Source: Nitrososphaerota archaeon
GTDB lineage: Archaea; Thermoproteota; Nitrososphaeria; Nitrososphaerales; Nitrosopumilaceae
Length of the DNA stretch: 25,955 nucleotides
Direction: 5' to 3'
Assembly (NCBI GenBank): GCA_016200035.1
Contig: JACQFM010000016.1
Coordinates: 1 to 25,955 of the forward strand
Positions within the stretch are counted from its first letter, which is position 1, and the number at the start of each line of letters is the position of its first letter. Shown one piece after another: positions 17,471 to 25,955 of this stretch. The notes beneath the pieces were generated by a model. It was not told the origin of the DNA. It saw only the letters and a list, made by a program, of their open reading frames with translations, and did no database searches. Made by a program: the position numbers and the translations under genes.

Positions 17471-19357
17471 ATGACTTTGAGACTCTTGCTTGATGAGATA
17501 AGATCAAACATAGGCCAAATCTGCATCAGGCTTGGATATCCAACAGTTCAGTTCGAAGTCGCAGAAGCTGCAAAATCAGATTTTGGTGATATTAGCTGTA
17601 ATGTCGCATTCTTACTTGCTAAACCATTAGGCAAAAGGCCATATGATATTGCAAAAGAGATTTCAAGTCAGTATGAAAAGAATCTTGGAAGATTTGTAAA
17701 AAAAGTAACCCCACACCAATCAGGATATATTAATTTCATTGCAAACTACTCAGCCCTAAATAATTCAACAATAAAATCATCTGTACGCGAAGACTATGGT
17801 TCTATAAACATAGGAAACAAAACCAGAATTGTTGTTGAACACACAAGTGTAAATCCAAACAAGGCATTACATGTTGGCCATGTGAGAAACATAATCATTG
17901 GTGACACCATCTCCAGAATATTAAAAAAAGCAAATTATGATGTTAGGATCTTAAATTATGTTGACGATTCGGGCTTGCAAGTAGCCGATATCGTTGTTGG
18001 CTTCAAATATGGTGGCTTTGCTGAAGAGCCACCAAAAGATCAAAAGTTTGATCATTATTGTGGAGATATTGTATATGTTAAAACCACAGAAATGTATGAG
18101 ACAGACAAAAAACTTGAAGAGTTTAGAACTACCGTACTCAAAGAGATAGAAGAAGGTAAATCCGAAATTGCAAAGTTTGCTAACAATATAACAAGAAGAG
18201 TTCTTGCAGAGCAACTGAAAACCTGTTGGAGACTAGGTTCAACATATGACTGCCTTAACTTTGAATCCCAAATCGTTCGATCTAATCTTTGGAAAATAGT
18301 CTTTGAAAAGATGAAAGAGATGGAAATTATACAACTAGAAAAAGAAGGGAAAAACACAGGATGTTGGGTAATAAGGTCAGAAACTGACGAAGAGGACAAG
18401 GTGCTTGTGCGAAGTAGTGGCCTTGCAACATACATTGCAAAAGATATACCATATGCAGCCTGGAAGCTTGGACTCCTTGGCGATCCGTTCTACTATGTAA
18501 AATATGGAGAACAACCAGGAGGCAAAATATTGTGGGAAACCATCTTAGAAAGGAATTCTAACGCGAAGATTGACTTTAGTGGTGAAAGAGTAATTACTGT
18601 AATTGATTCACGACAATCGCGCTTACAAAAAATAATTACAAGACTGATGTCCAGTTTCAAGTCTCAAGAAGGCGCATATGTTCATCTCGGATATGAAGCG
18701 GTAACGCTTAGTGCAGAAACTGCAAGTATGCTTAACGTGGAAACTGGAGGTAAACAGATCCAGATGTCAGGTCGTAAGGGAATCTATGTCAACGCTGACT
18801 ATGTACTTGATATTCTGGGCGTAAAGACCTACGAAGAAGCAAAGAAGCGTAATCCGGAGCTTGATGAGATACGATTAGTGAATATAGCTGAGGCAGTTGC
18901 AGTTGGCGCATTAAGATATGCTATGGTAAAACAAGACTTGGACAAGATAATAACATTTGATATGGCTGAATCACTCAGTCTTGAAGGTGATACTGGTCCT
19001 TACATACAATATTCATACGCCAGAGCTGTAAGAATTTTAGAAAAAGCTGGAGTCAAGCCACAATTTGACACACCATTTGATAATCTTAACACCGAATATG
19101 AGATCAATTTAATCAAAGCTATGAGCAAATTTGATATCAGAATCGAAGAAGCAGCAAAAAACCTCTCGCCAAAAGTAATGGCACGATATTGTTATGAACT
19201 TGCAGTTGCCTTTAACGCATTTTATGAACACGTGAAAGTTCTCACTGCAGAAAGCAAATCTCTTGTGAATGAAAGGTTATGCCTAGTACACTGCTTTAAA
19301 GAAACTCTTGCCAAGGCGCTTGATGTAATAGGAGTTTCATCACCCGACAGAATGTGA
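17471..19357 (+). CDS. argS: Arginyl-tRNA synthetase
   Basis: FGD N-domain, VEHTSVNPNKALHVGH (HIGH), MSGRKG (KMSKS-like), GDTGPYIQYSYARA and C-terminal DRM. Confidence 0.97.
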   Translation: MTLRLLLDEIRSNIGQICIRLGYPTVQFEVAEAAKSDFGDISCNVAFLLAKPLGKRPYDIAKEISSQYEKNLGRFVKKVTPHQSGYINFIANYSALNNSTIKSSVREDYGSINIGNKTRIVVEHTSVNPNKALHVGHVRNIIIGDTISRILKKANYDVRILNYVDDSGLQVADIVVGFKYGGFAEEPPKDQKFDHYCGDIVYVKTTEMYETDKKLEEFRTTVLKEIEEGKSEIAKFANNITRRVLAEQLKTCWRLGSTYDCLNFESQIVRSNLWKIVFEKMKEMEIIQLEKEGKNTGCWVIRSETDEEDKVLVRSSGLATYIAKDIPYAAWKLGLLGDPFYYVKYGEQPGGKILWETILERNSNAKIDFSGERVITVIDSRQSRLQKIITRLMSSFKSQEGAYVHLGYEAVTLSAETASMLNVETGGKQIQMSGRKGIYVNADYVLDILGVKTYEEAKKRNPELDEIRLVNIAEAVAVGALRYAMVKQDLDKIITFDMAESLSLEGDTGPYIQYSYARAVRILEKAGVKPQFDTPFDNLNTEYEINLIKAMSKFDIRIEEAAKNLSPKVMARYCYELAVAFNAFYEHVKVLTAESKSLVNERLCLVHCFKETLAKALDVIGVSSPDRM

Positions 19358-19394
19358 GAGCCAGATTTAACAGATAGTAAGACATTGTAAAGTT

Positions 19395-19547
19395 ATGGCC
19401 GGTCTAAAATCTATTGCAAAATTTATCATTTTTGTTATTGGGGGAATAGCAATATTGATTGTAGGATCATTTATGCTTGCAAGTATTATGAGGTTATGGG
19501 AACGAAAAGATCCAACAAAAAAATCTAAAGGGCTAAAACGTCAATAA
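19395..19547 (+). CDS. 50-aa single-pass membrane protein with basic tail
   Basis: Hand translation: MAGLKSIAKFIIFVIGGIAILIVGSFMLASIMRLWERKDPTKKSKGLKRQ*. Confidence 0.7.
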   Translation: MAGLKSIAKFIIFVIGGIAILIVGSFMLASIMRLWERKDPTKKSKGLKRQ

Positions 19548-19605
19548 TATGGAATTCTCTGCATTACAATTTTTACCATATCAAGCTGATTCTTTTACAA
19601 TCCTT

Positions 19606-19956
19606 TTATGTAATGTGATTTTTGTTTAGTGCTGCGTTTAGTTGAATTACGGATCGCAGGATGAGGCCTGATAAGCCAAGTGTAGAAGTAAGAAAGGCGG
19701 CAGCTTCTTCTAGCGCATTTTTACCTCTATAACCCTCGTAGTATGTCATCTCAACCTCGCCTTTGTCTGTCTCAACTACTGAAGTAATTAATGAATACAG
19801 CCCGCGCTCAGGATCGGTCTTTTGTATATACAGACAAAGTTGGACTCTCTTTATGGTAACTCCCTGTTCTACGTAGTTTCCTGAAGATAGTAGAACTATG
19901 GTTTTATCTGGAATCTTACTTACTCGTTGTGGGTCTATAACATCAATGACCTTCAC
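19606..19956 (-). CDS. Hypothetical protein
   Basis: ORF-track 19606..20049. The globular-looking part begins at GTG 19956 (MKVIDVIDPQRVSKIPDKTIVLLS...). The upstream extension looks non-coding. Confidence 0.72.
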   Translation of the reverse strand: MKVIDVIDPQRVSKIPDKTIVLLSSGNYVEQGVTIKRVQLCLYIQKTDPERGLYSLITSVVETDKGEVEMTYYEGYRGKNALEEAAAFLTSTLGLSGLILRSVIQLNAALNKNHIT

Positions 19957-20157
19957 TACTTTACAAACGCAAATGTGACTAAATAGTATTGTTATAGCGT
20001 ATCTAATCTGGAAAAATTTTAACAATCGCAGAAGAAATTGTAGATGCAATTACTTGTTGCGAATGATTAAAAATCCCATAAGAACATCAGTGAATTTGTT
20101 TCCAGCTTTCGCTTCAAACAGCCAATTTTTTTCTATTTGACGTTTAGAAGTTAGTTA

Positions 20158-20415
20158 TCAAATAAGTTTCATTGCTTCTTCTCGTGATATTGTCACGAGT
20201 GTTTCTGTTCGTACCACGTCGCCAGCATTTGCCCAGAGCCTGATTGCATCTTTTTCACTAGCTCCTTCGTAGATCCAGACAGCATCGAATCGTCCTAGTG
20301 TCCAGTAAGTTGCAATTATCTTCACACCAGCTGGTAAGTTTTGCATGATCTTTTTACCTACTTCAACTACTTCACTTGCTTTTTTCTTGAATTTTATCAA
20401 GGTAATGAATAGCAT
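20158..20415 (-). CDS. GYD-domain protein
   Basis: 85 aa with Y-W-T-L-G-R-F-D (GYD variant) and VRTETLV, typical of the family. Confidence 0.85.
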   Translation of the reverse strand: MLFITLIKFKKKASEVVEVGKKIMQNLPAGVKIIATYWTLGRFDAVWIYEGASEKDAIRLWANAGDVVRTETLVTISREEAMKLI

Positions 20416-20489
20416 TACAATTCAAATGCCAGAGAATTACTTAAAATTATCCAAGCTAATGGATTCTCTTTTATACTTTGAATTGTAAT
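20414..20489. promoter_or_regulatory. Two opposed copies of the 13-mer TTTGAATTGTAAT in a divergent promoter
   Basis: 20414-20426 (ATTACAATTCAAA) is the exact reverse complement of 20477-20489. Confidence 0.6.
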
Positions 20490-20497
20490 AATACATC

Positions 20498-20611
20498 ATG
20501 TGTAACGAAATAGAATACGCTATGATAGAAGAATATCTGGCGAAACTAAAACAAAAAGAAGCTAAAGAAAAAGAACCCGAGAAACAAGTTATCGTACAAG
20601 TGGCAGCCTAG
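20498..20611 (+). CDS. 37-aa small protein
   Basis: Hand translation: MCNEIEYAMIEEYLAKLKQKEAKEKEPEKQVIVQVAA*. TATA TTTTATA at 20469-20475 fits a leaderless mRNA. Confidence 0.65.
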   Translation: MCNEIEYAMIEEYLAKLKQKEAKEKEPEKQVIVQVAA

Positions 20612-20630
20612 GTTAAACTCAACTGATAGT

Positions 20631-21350
20631 CTAAACCAATCCGTAGACTGGGATCGCAGCCCCGTGTATGGGTTTAGAATCTTCTGAAGCAAGGAAAAGT
20701 ACTACTTTTGCAATATCTGAAGTCTTCACCCATCTCGTGAAGTCAGCATCTGGCATGGCCTTTCTATTTGCCTCAGTATCAATTATGCTGGGCATGATAC
20801 AGTTTACGTTAATTCCCTTATCCTTAACCTCTTCAGAAAGTGACTCCACAAGTCTTATGACTCCAGATTTGGATGCAACATATGCTGAATCTCGGCCTGA
20901 GCCTTTGAGACCAGGTCTTGCTGCAACATGAATTACTTTTCCGCTTCCTTGTTTGACCATCTGTGGTATGACGTATTTACTAATTAGAAATGCAGTTTTT
21001 AGATTAAGATTTATCATAAAATTCCATTCTTTCTCTTCTAGTTCTGTAACTGTTTTGCCACCGATGTATCCACCTGTAACGTTGGCAAGTATGTCAATAC
21101 GAGAGTACCTTCTTAATACATCTGACACAAGTTTTTGAACTTGAATGCTGTCTGTCAAGTCAACTTTCAAGAGAAATGCATTCTTTGCTAGTTCACCTAA
21201 CTTTGACTTAACCTGGTTGAGCTCTTCATCCAACACATATGTGATTGCAACTAAAGCCTTTGCCTTCAGGAACGCTAAACTCACTTCTCTTCCTAGGGCT
21301 CCTGTACCGCCTGTGATAAGAACTACTCTACCACTAAAATCATATTCCAT
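20631..21350 (-). CDS. Short-chain dehydrogenase/reductase (SDR)
   Basis: TGGTGALG, YVASK (YxxxK) and NCIMPSIIDTEANR. Start placed at MEYDFSGRVV (21350). Confidence 0.93.
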   Translation of the reverse strand: MEYDFSGRVVLITGGTGALGREVSLAFLKAKALVAITYVLDEELNQVKSKLGELAKNAFLLKVDLTDSIQVQKLVSDVLRRYSRIDILANVTGGYIGGKTVTELEEKEWNFMINLNLKTAFLISKYVIPQMVKQGSGKVIHVAARPGLKGSGRDSAYVASKSGVIRLVESLSEEVKDKGINVNCIMPSIIDTEANRKAMPDADFTRWVKTSDIAKVVLFLASEDSKPIHGAAIPVYGLV

Positions 21351-21455
21351 TGCATAATGCATCTGCTGACAAATAGATAACTTTTCATTATTTGATATTA
21401 TTTTTGCCATCTGGAACATGAAGTGAACTATTATACTACTATTGCATACATGGCT

Positions 21456-21644
21456 ATGATGAGTATACGTTGTAACATCTGCTCGATGGATTTGGAGGAG
21501 AATGATATTGAGACACATCTAAAAGATGTGCAACATCAATCCAACAAGAAAATCATACTGGATTCAAAAGACAATGAAAACAAGAATGGTCAAAGTCTAA
21601 TAAAAATTTGGTTAGATTCTCTCAAATCTAGTAATTTTGAATAA
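21456..21644 (+). CDS. Small C2H2 zinc-finger protein
   Basis: CNIC-x11-H-x5-H (CNICSMDLEENDIETHLKDVQH). TATA-like TTATAC at 21431. Confidence 0.72.
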   Translation: MMSIRCNICSMDLEENDIETHLKDVQHQSNKKIILDSKDNENKNGQSLIKIWLDSLKSSNFE

Positions 21645-21867
21645 CTTTATCAATCATTCTGACCATTATATGGTGGTGCTTAAACGAAATAATAACAAAA
21701 ATAATTTAAAAATGCCTAAAAAGAATGTTGATATCTATAGAATTTTTGATGATCAGACCATTGAGAGTCTGATGCGTTATTATAAACTTGATAGTCCAGA
21801 TGCCTTATTGAGATACATAAAAAGAAATGGTATCGCAAGGGACGACATTTTCAAAAGCTCTATTTGA
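21637..21867 (+). CDS. Hypothetical protein (uncertain)
   Basis: 76-aa ORF overlapping the flanking ORFs. Asn/Lys-rich N-terminus, no recognised motif. Confidence 0.4.
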   Translation: MNNFINHSDHYMVVLKRNNNKNNLKMPKKNVDIYRIFDDQTIESLMRYYKLDSPDALLRYIKRNGIARDDIFKSSI

Positions 21868-22058
21868 AAAGAAATTCAAAAGATCAAAATAAAAAGAGTA
21901 AAGGACTTTCAAAACCTAGAAAGGATTTCATGAACAAAAAGAAGAGTAAGAAGGAAGCAACAAAAACACAAGACAACGACTTTGGCCGTCAATTTAGAAT
22001 AGGTATGAAAAATAGACGCAAACTCGGTAAGCAAAGTAGACATTATGAACATAGCTAG
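21864..22058 (+). CDS. Lys-rich hypothetical protein (uncertain)
   Basis: 64-aa ORF with TTGA overlap on the previous stop. Low complexity. Confidence 0.4.
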   Translation: MKRNSKDQNKKSKGLSKPRKDFMNKKKSKKEATKTQDNDFGRQFRIGMKNRRKLGKQSRHYEHS

Positions 22059-22124
22059 AAATTATCTATCCAAGTCGTTGATCATAAGATAAATTCTTAT
22101 TCAAATGAACTTAGCCCTATTTTT

Positions 22125-22958
22125 GTGGATAAAATAAAACAAAACTCGTACGTTCTATTTTTTTTCAACGATTCAAAAAAATGGTTAATGAAAGTATCAA
22201 AGAAGCAGCAATTTCACACACACATTGGCATAATTGATCATAAAAAAGCAATAGGAAAAGAGTATGGGTCTGTCATTAAGACCAATAAGGGAAAATTCGT
22301 CTATCTGTTCAAGCCTACGATATATGACTATGTGATGAAGAGCCAACGCAGTACTCAGATAGTTTATCCAAAAGATCTTGGATACATTGCGGCAAGGACA
22401 GGATTACAAAGTGGGCAAAAAGTGGTCGAGATAGGAACGGGCAGCGGATCACTTACAACTTTTCTTGCAAGTATAGTAAAACCACGTGGCCATGTCTATA
22501 CTTATGATGTGGACCCAAACTTTATGGAGATTGCCAAAAAAAATATCGAGAAGGCCGGGCTTACAAAACATGTAACAATGGAAAAGCTTGATCTGAAAAC
22601 TGTTAAAAGAGTTCCGCAAACTGATGTGGACTTGGCAATAGTAGATCTTGGAGATCCATGGTCGGTTTTACCACAAGTAAGAAAGATGCTCAAGGGAAGT
22701 GGAGCATTAGTTGCCATATGTCCTACCATGAACCAACTTGAAAGACTGGCAACAGCTCTTCATGAAAACCAGTTCTATGATATTGAATGTACTGAACAAA
22801 TTGTCAGAACTATTGAGGCAAGAGAGGGAAAGACCAGACATTCATTTCGAAGTATAGGTCATACAACTTACGTTGCCTTTGCAAGGAAGGTTTTCAAACC
22901 AAGATTTTATCCTATCAAAAGGCAAGAAGAGGAACCTGAACCCAATTATTCCATGTGA
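22125..22958 (+). CDS. trmI: tRNA (adenine-N1)-methyltransferase, TrmI/Gcd14
   Basis: HTHIGII, RSTQIVYPKD, EIGTGSGSLT, DLGDPW and GHTTY. Confidence 0.94.
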   Translation: MDKIKQNSYVLFFFNDSKKWLMKVSKKQQFHTHIGIIDHKKAIGKEYGSVIKTNKGKFVYLFKPTIYDYVMKSQRSTQIVYPKDLGYIAARTGLQSGQKVVEIGTGSGSLTTFLASIVKPRGHVYTYDVDPNFMEIAKKNIEKAGLTKHVTMEKLDLKTVKRVPQTDVDLAIVDLGDPWSVLPQVRKMLKGSGALVAICPTMNQLERLATALHENQFYDIECTEQIVRTIEAREGKTRHSFRSIGHTTYVAFARKVFKPRFYPIKRQEEEPEPNYSM

Positions 22959-23029
22959 GTACAAAAAAGACTAGAAATAGTTGTTTGAATTTACAAGGAA
23001 GGTTTATTCGCTCAAAAATAGGATTACCG

Positions 23030-23896
23030 ATGTTGAAAAGCAAGATTTTGCAAACAACTATCGTAAAAAAATTCATACCAGAACGAAAGTTTGCTTCGCG
23101 AAAGGGTGAGAACGGAAAAGTTCTGGTCGTTGGTGGAAGCTACATCTACCACGGAGCACCAATCCTTTCATCGCTTGCTGCTCTTAGATGCGGCACAGAT
23201 CTTGTATATACATGTGTTCCAAAAATAAATGCACAGGCAACACGCTCTGTATCGCCAAACTTAATAGTGCTGCCGTTGGTTGATGCCAAGATTACACGTG
23301 GTGCGGTGCATAAACTACTTGGTCTGATTCCTAAAGAACTTGATTCTGCGACAATTGGCATGGGACTTGGTATACAGGATGTAGAAGCACTAAAGCTACT
23401 TGTAAATTCACTTTTAGATAGAGAAGTAAAACTATCACTTGACGCAAGTGCTCTTGTACCAGATATTTTGCCTGTGATAAAAAACAAAGATGTTGTAGTA
23501 ACTCCTCATGAAGGAGAATTTAAGAGATTATTTGGCGAACTGCCACCAAACTCCAAAAAAGAAAAAATTCTGCTTGTCGAAAAACACGCCAAGGAAAATT
23601 CTGTCACAATTTTATTAAAAGGACCTACAGACATCGTGTCAGATGGTCAAAAGACCTTTCTTAACGTAAAAAACACTCCTGCAATGACAGTAGGAGGAAC
23701 AGGTGATGTGCTCTCCGGACTAGTAGCTGGAATGCTATCAAAACATAGGAAATCACTGGAAGCTGCCGCAGCAGCAGTCTTTATCAATGGAAGAGCAGGA
23801 GTACTCGCACAGAAAAAGTATGGATTGCATATGGTGGCAACTGATCTACTGGAATTTATCGCGGTTGCAATGAAACCATTTGACAAGGTAACGTGA
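23030..23896 (+). CDS. nnrD: Stand-alone ADP/ATP-dependent NAD(P)HX dehydratase
   Basis: RKGENGKVLVVGGS..YHGAP, LDA, TPHEGEF, LKG and GGTGDVLSG. ATG 23030 preferred over GTG 22955, which overlaps the trmI stop. Confidence 0.93.
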   Translation: MLKSKILQTTIVKKFIPERKFASRKGENGKVLVVGGSYIYHGAPILSSLAALRCGTDLVYTCVPKINAQATRSVSPNLIVLPLVDAKITRGAVHKLLGLIPKELDSATIGMGLGIQDVEALKLLVNSLLDREVKLSLDASALVPDILPVIKNKDVVVTPHEGEFKRLFGELPPNSKKEKILLVEKHAKENSVTILLKGPTDIVSDGQKTFLNVKNTPAMTVGGTGDVLSGLVAGMLSKHRKSLEAAAAAVFINGRAGVLAQKKYGLHMVATDLLEFIAVAMKPFDKVT

Positions 23897-23900
23897 TCTT

Positions 23901-25253
23901 ATGTCACAAATTGAGTTTGTAGATAAGCACATGAACGGATTAATTTCAGATCTGCAGACTTTGATTAGACAACCTAGCGTTTCAGCAAAAAATGAAGGTC
24001 TTGAAGAGTGTGCACGGCTTGTTACAAAAATAATGAGAAGTTCAGGAATAAAATCAGAGATACTGCGTCTAGCAAAAGGCGTTCCGCCTGCGGTATATGG
24101 TGAAGTAATATCAAAGCAAAATCCTTCAAAGACTTTGCTATTTTACAATCATTATGATGTGCAACCTGCTGAACCATATGATCTATGGAATGAAGATCCG
24201 TTTAGTGGCAAAGTGAAAGGAAAGAAGATCTACGGTAGAGGCTCTGCTGATGACAAAGGAGAGCTGATAACTAGAATAAAGGCGGTAGAGTCATATCTAA
24301 AAACAGAAGGTGATGTTCCTTGCAATGTAAAATTTCTTGTTGAGGGTGAAGAAGAAATTGGAAGCATGCACATTGAAGCATATCTAAAAAAATACAAGAA
24401 AAAGCTTGCTTCTGACGCAGTTATCTGGGAGTTTGGCTATGTGGATGCCAAAAACAGGCCAATAATTAGTCTTGGCATGAAAGGTTTGCTCTACGTTGAG
24501 CTTTCCGCAGAAGAATCTATCCGAGATGCTCACTCGAGCTTGGCAGTAATAATCGAAAATCCTGCTTGGAGACTTTTGGAGGCCATCAAGACTTTGCGAG
24601 ATTCTAAGGGAAGAATACTAATCAAGGACTGGTACAAGGAGGTTGACAGATTTACTAAGAAAGAGCTCGAAATTATAAATTCAGAACCTTTTGATGAAAA
24701 TGAATTCAAAAAAGAGTATGGCATCAAGAGGTTTCTTGCAAACAAGCGTGGAAATGAACTCAAAAAGGCACTCGTTGGAGAACCAACCTGTAACATTGCT
24801 GGTTTTATCTCAGGATACACAGGACTTGGCGCAAAAACCGTTCTTCCTTCAAGAGCAACTGTAAAGATAGATTTTAGGCTCGTACCTAGAATGGTTCCTA
24901 TAAAACAATTAGCAAGGCTCAGAAGACATCTACAAAAAAATGGCTTTGACGATATCACAATAACTATGATTCATGGCGAGGCTGCATCAAGAACAAAGAC
25001 AACTGATCCTTTTGTCTCTGTAGTAAAGGAAGCCGCTGATGAGTCATTTGGAAGTTCAGTAATCAGCATATCATCAGCTGGAACGGGGCCAATGCATTCT
25101 TTTGTGAAAGTCTTGCATTCACCTTGTATATCGATAGGGAGTACGTATATTTTTTCTAGAATTCACTCACCAAATGAGTTTGCAAGAATAGATCTTCTAA
25201 ATAAAACAACAAAATGTATGTGTAAAATAATGGACAAATTTTCAAAACACTAA
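23901..25253 (+). CDS. M20 family metallopeptidase (ArgE/DapE/Dug1-like)
   Basis: YNHYDVQP, YGRGSADDKG, EGEEEIGS and IHSPNE metal ligands. Confidence 0.94.
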   Translation: MSQIEFVDKHMNGLISDLQTLIRQPSVSAKNEGLEECARLVTKIMRSSGIKSEILRLAKGVPPAVYGEVISKQNPSKTLLFYNHYDVQPAEPYDLWNEDPFSGKVKGKKIYGRGSADDKGELITRIKAVESYLKTEGDVPCNVKFLVEGEEEIGSMHIEAYLKKYKKKLASDAVIWEFGYVDAKNRPIISLGMKGLLYVELSAEESIRDAHSSLAVIIENPAWRLLEAIKTLRDSKGRILIKDWYKEVDRFTKKELEIINSEPFDENEFKKEYGIKRFLANKRGNELKKALVGEPTCNIAGFISGYTGLGAKTVLPSRATVKIDFRLVPRMVPIKQLARLRRHLQKNGFDDITITMIHGEAASRTKTTDPFVSVVKEAADESFGSSVISISSAGTGPMHSFVKVLHSPCISIGSTYIFSRIHSPNEFARIDLLNKTTKCMCKIMDKFSKH

Positions 25254-25255
25254 TC

Positions 25256-25378
25256 ATGGAAATTATCACTCTACATGATGATGGTGAATTAACCTTGTTA
25301 AGTAACACATTATATTCAAAAAATTATACAATTGAACAATGGCAAAATCTAGTTACGCTCGGATTGGGGAAAAGATAA
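25256..25378 (+). CDS. Possible 40-aa small protein
   Basis: ATG 2 nt after the M20 stop: MEIITLHDDGELTLLSNTLYSKNYTIEQWQNLVTLGLGKR*. No motif. Confidence 0.35.
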   Translation: MEIITLHDDGELTLLSNTLYSKNYTIEQWQNLVTLGLGKR

Positions 25379-25384
25379 CTAACG

Positions 25385-25403
25385 AATTGCATGATTTGCA
25401 ATT
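25385..25403. promoter_or_regulatory. Inverted repeat AATTGCA-N5-TGCAATT upstream of the wHTH gene
   Basis: Exact 7-bp arms at 25385-25391 and 25397-25403. Confidence 0.4.
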
Positions 25404-25454
25404 AACACAATTTTGTAGCGAAACAACAGTCATGAAAAAGACTGAATCAATTTT

Positions 25455-25736
25455 TTGGTGATAATTGTGCAGGCCCAAGAAGAATCAATAAAAATAGACG
25501 CGGAAAAAAGCATAATTATGAACATTTTGTCGGATAAATACTCAAGGTTAATACTTGCTGCAACATCAAAGTTGCCAAGATCGGCCTCTGAACTTAGTTC
25601 TGAATGCAGAATTCCTATGAGTACCACTTACAGAAAGGTCCAGAAACTTTACAATTGTAAACTTTTGATGATGATTGGTAGAATAAGCGATGATGGAAAA
25701 AAGATCATGTTATACAAAAATAGGAAAGGTTTCTGA
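25455..25736 (+). CDS. ArsR-like winged-helix transcription regulator, possibly C-terminally truncated
   Basis: LSDKYSRLIL...PRSASELSSECRIPMSTTYRKVQKL...DGKK..LYK is an archaeal wHTH pattern. Start uncertain. Confidence 0.8.
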   Translation: MVIIVQAQEESIKIDAEKSIIMNILSDKYSRLILAATSKLPRSASELSSECRIPMSTTYRKVQKLYNCKLLMMIGRISDDGKKIMLYKNRKGF

Positions 25737-25955
25737 CGCTAAATCTAGGTGCCAAAGACAACTCAGAAACTTAATCTTGTAGCATTATATCAGCGAAACG
25801 CTTGATGATGGATCAAAATCTTTCACAAATAATTGTGTTATGCATGGAAAATGAAAGAAGTAAATTTTTGATTCCATAATATTGTATAACTTGATCTTTC
25901 TAATTGCTAAAAAGATAACCAAGTAATGGAAAGGGCTTTATTGTGCTCATTTGGC

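Overview
AT-rich archaeal chromosomal window that looks like an ammonia-oxidising thaumarchaeote (Nitrososphaerota, Nitrosopumilales-like). This is inferred from the archaeal-type ProRS, CofE, Thi4, DRG GTPase, TrmI and archaeal BRE/TATA promoters. It is mostly core genome: proS (partial), serB, cofE, PHP, tusA-cysM, trxB, thi4, ino1-like, sulfite reductase-rhodanese, TPR protein, a collagen-like protein, DUF504-drg, HAD phosphatase-argS, a patch of small accessory ORFs (19.4-22.1 kb), then trmI-nnrD-M20 peptidase and a wHTH regulator. I found no tRNA/rRNA, CRISPR array or mobile element. Best leads, several missed by the ORF track: (1) a 45-aa protamine-like protein (58% K+R, no acidic residue); (2) a 58-aa 2xCxxC zinc ribbon in an apparent operon with the DRG GTPase and a DUF504 protein; (3) a TusA apparently initiated at AUU, paired with a CysM-type synthase, within a wider sulfur-relay neighbourhood; (4) a collagen with 104 uninterrupted Gly-X-Y triplets and no export signal; (5) perfect palindromes or inverted repeats at several promoters. 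No searches were run, so novelty is untested.
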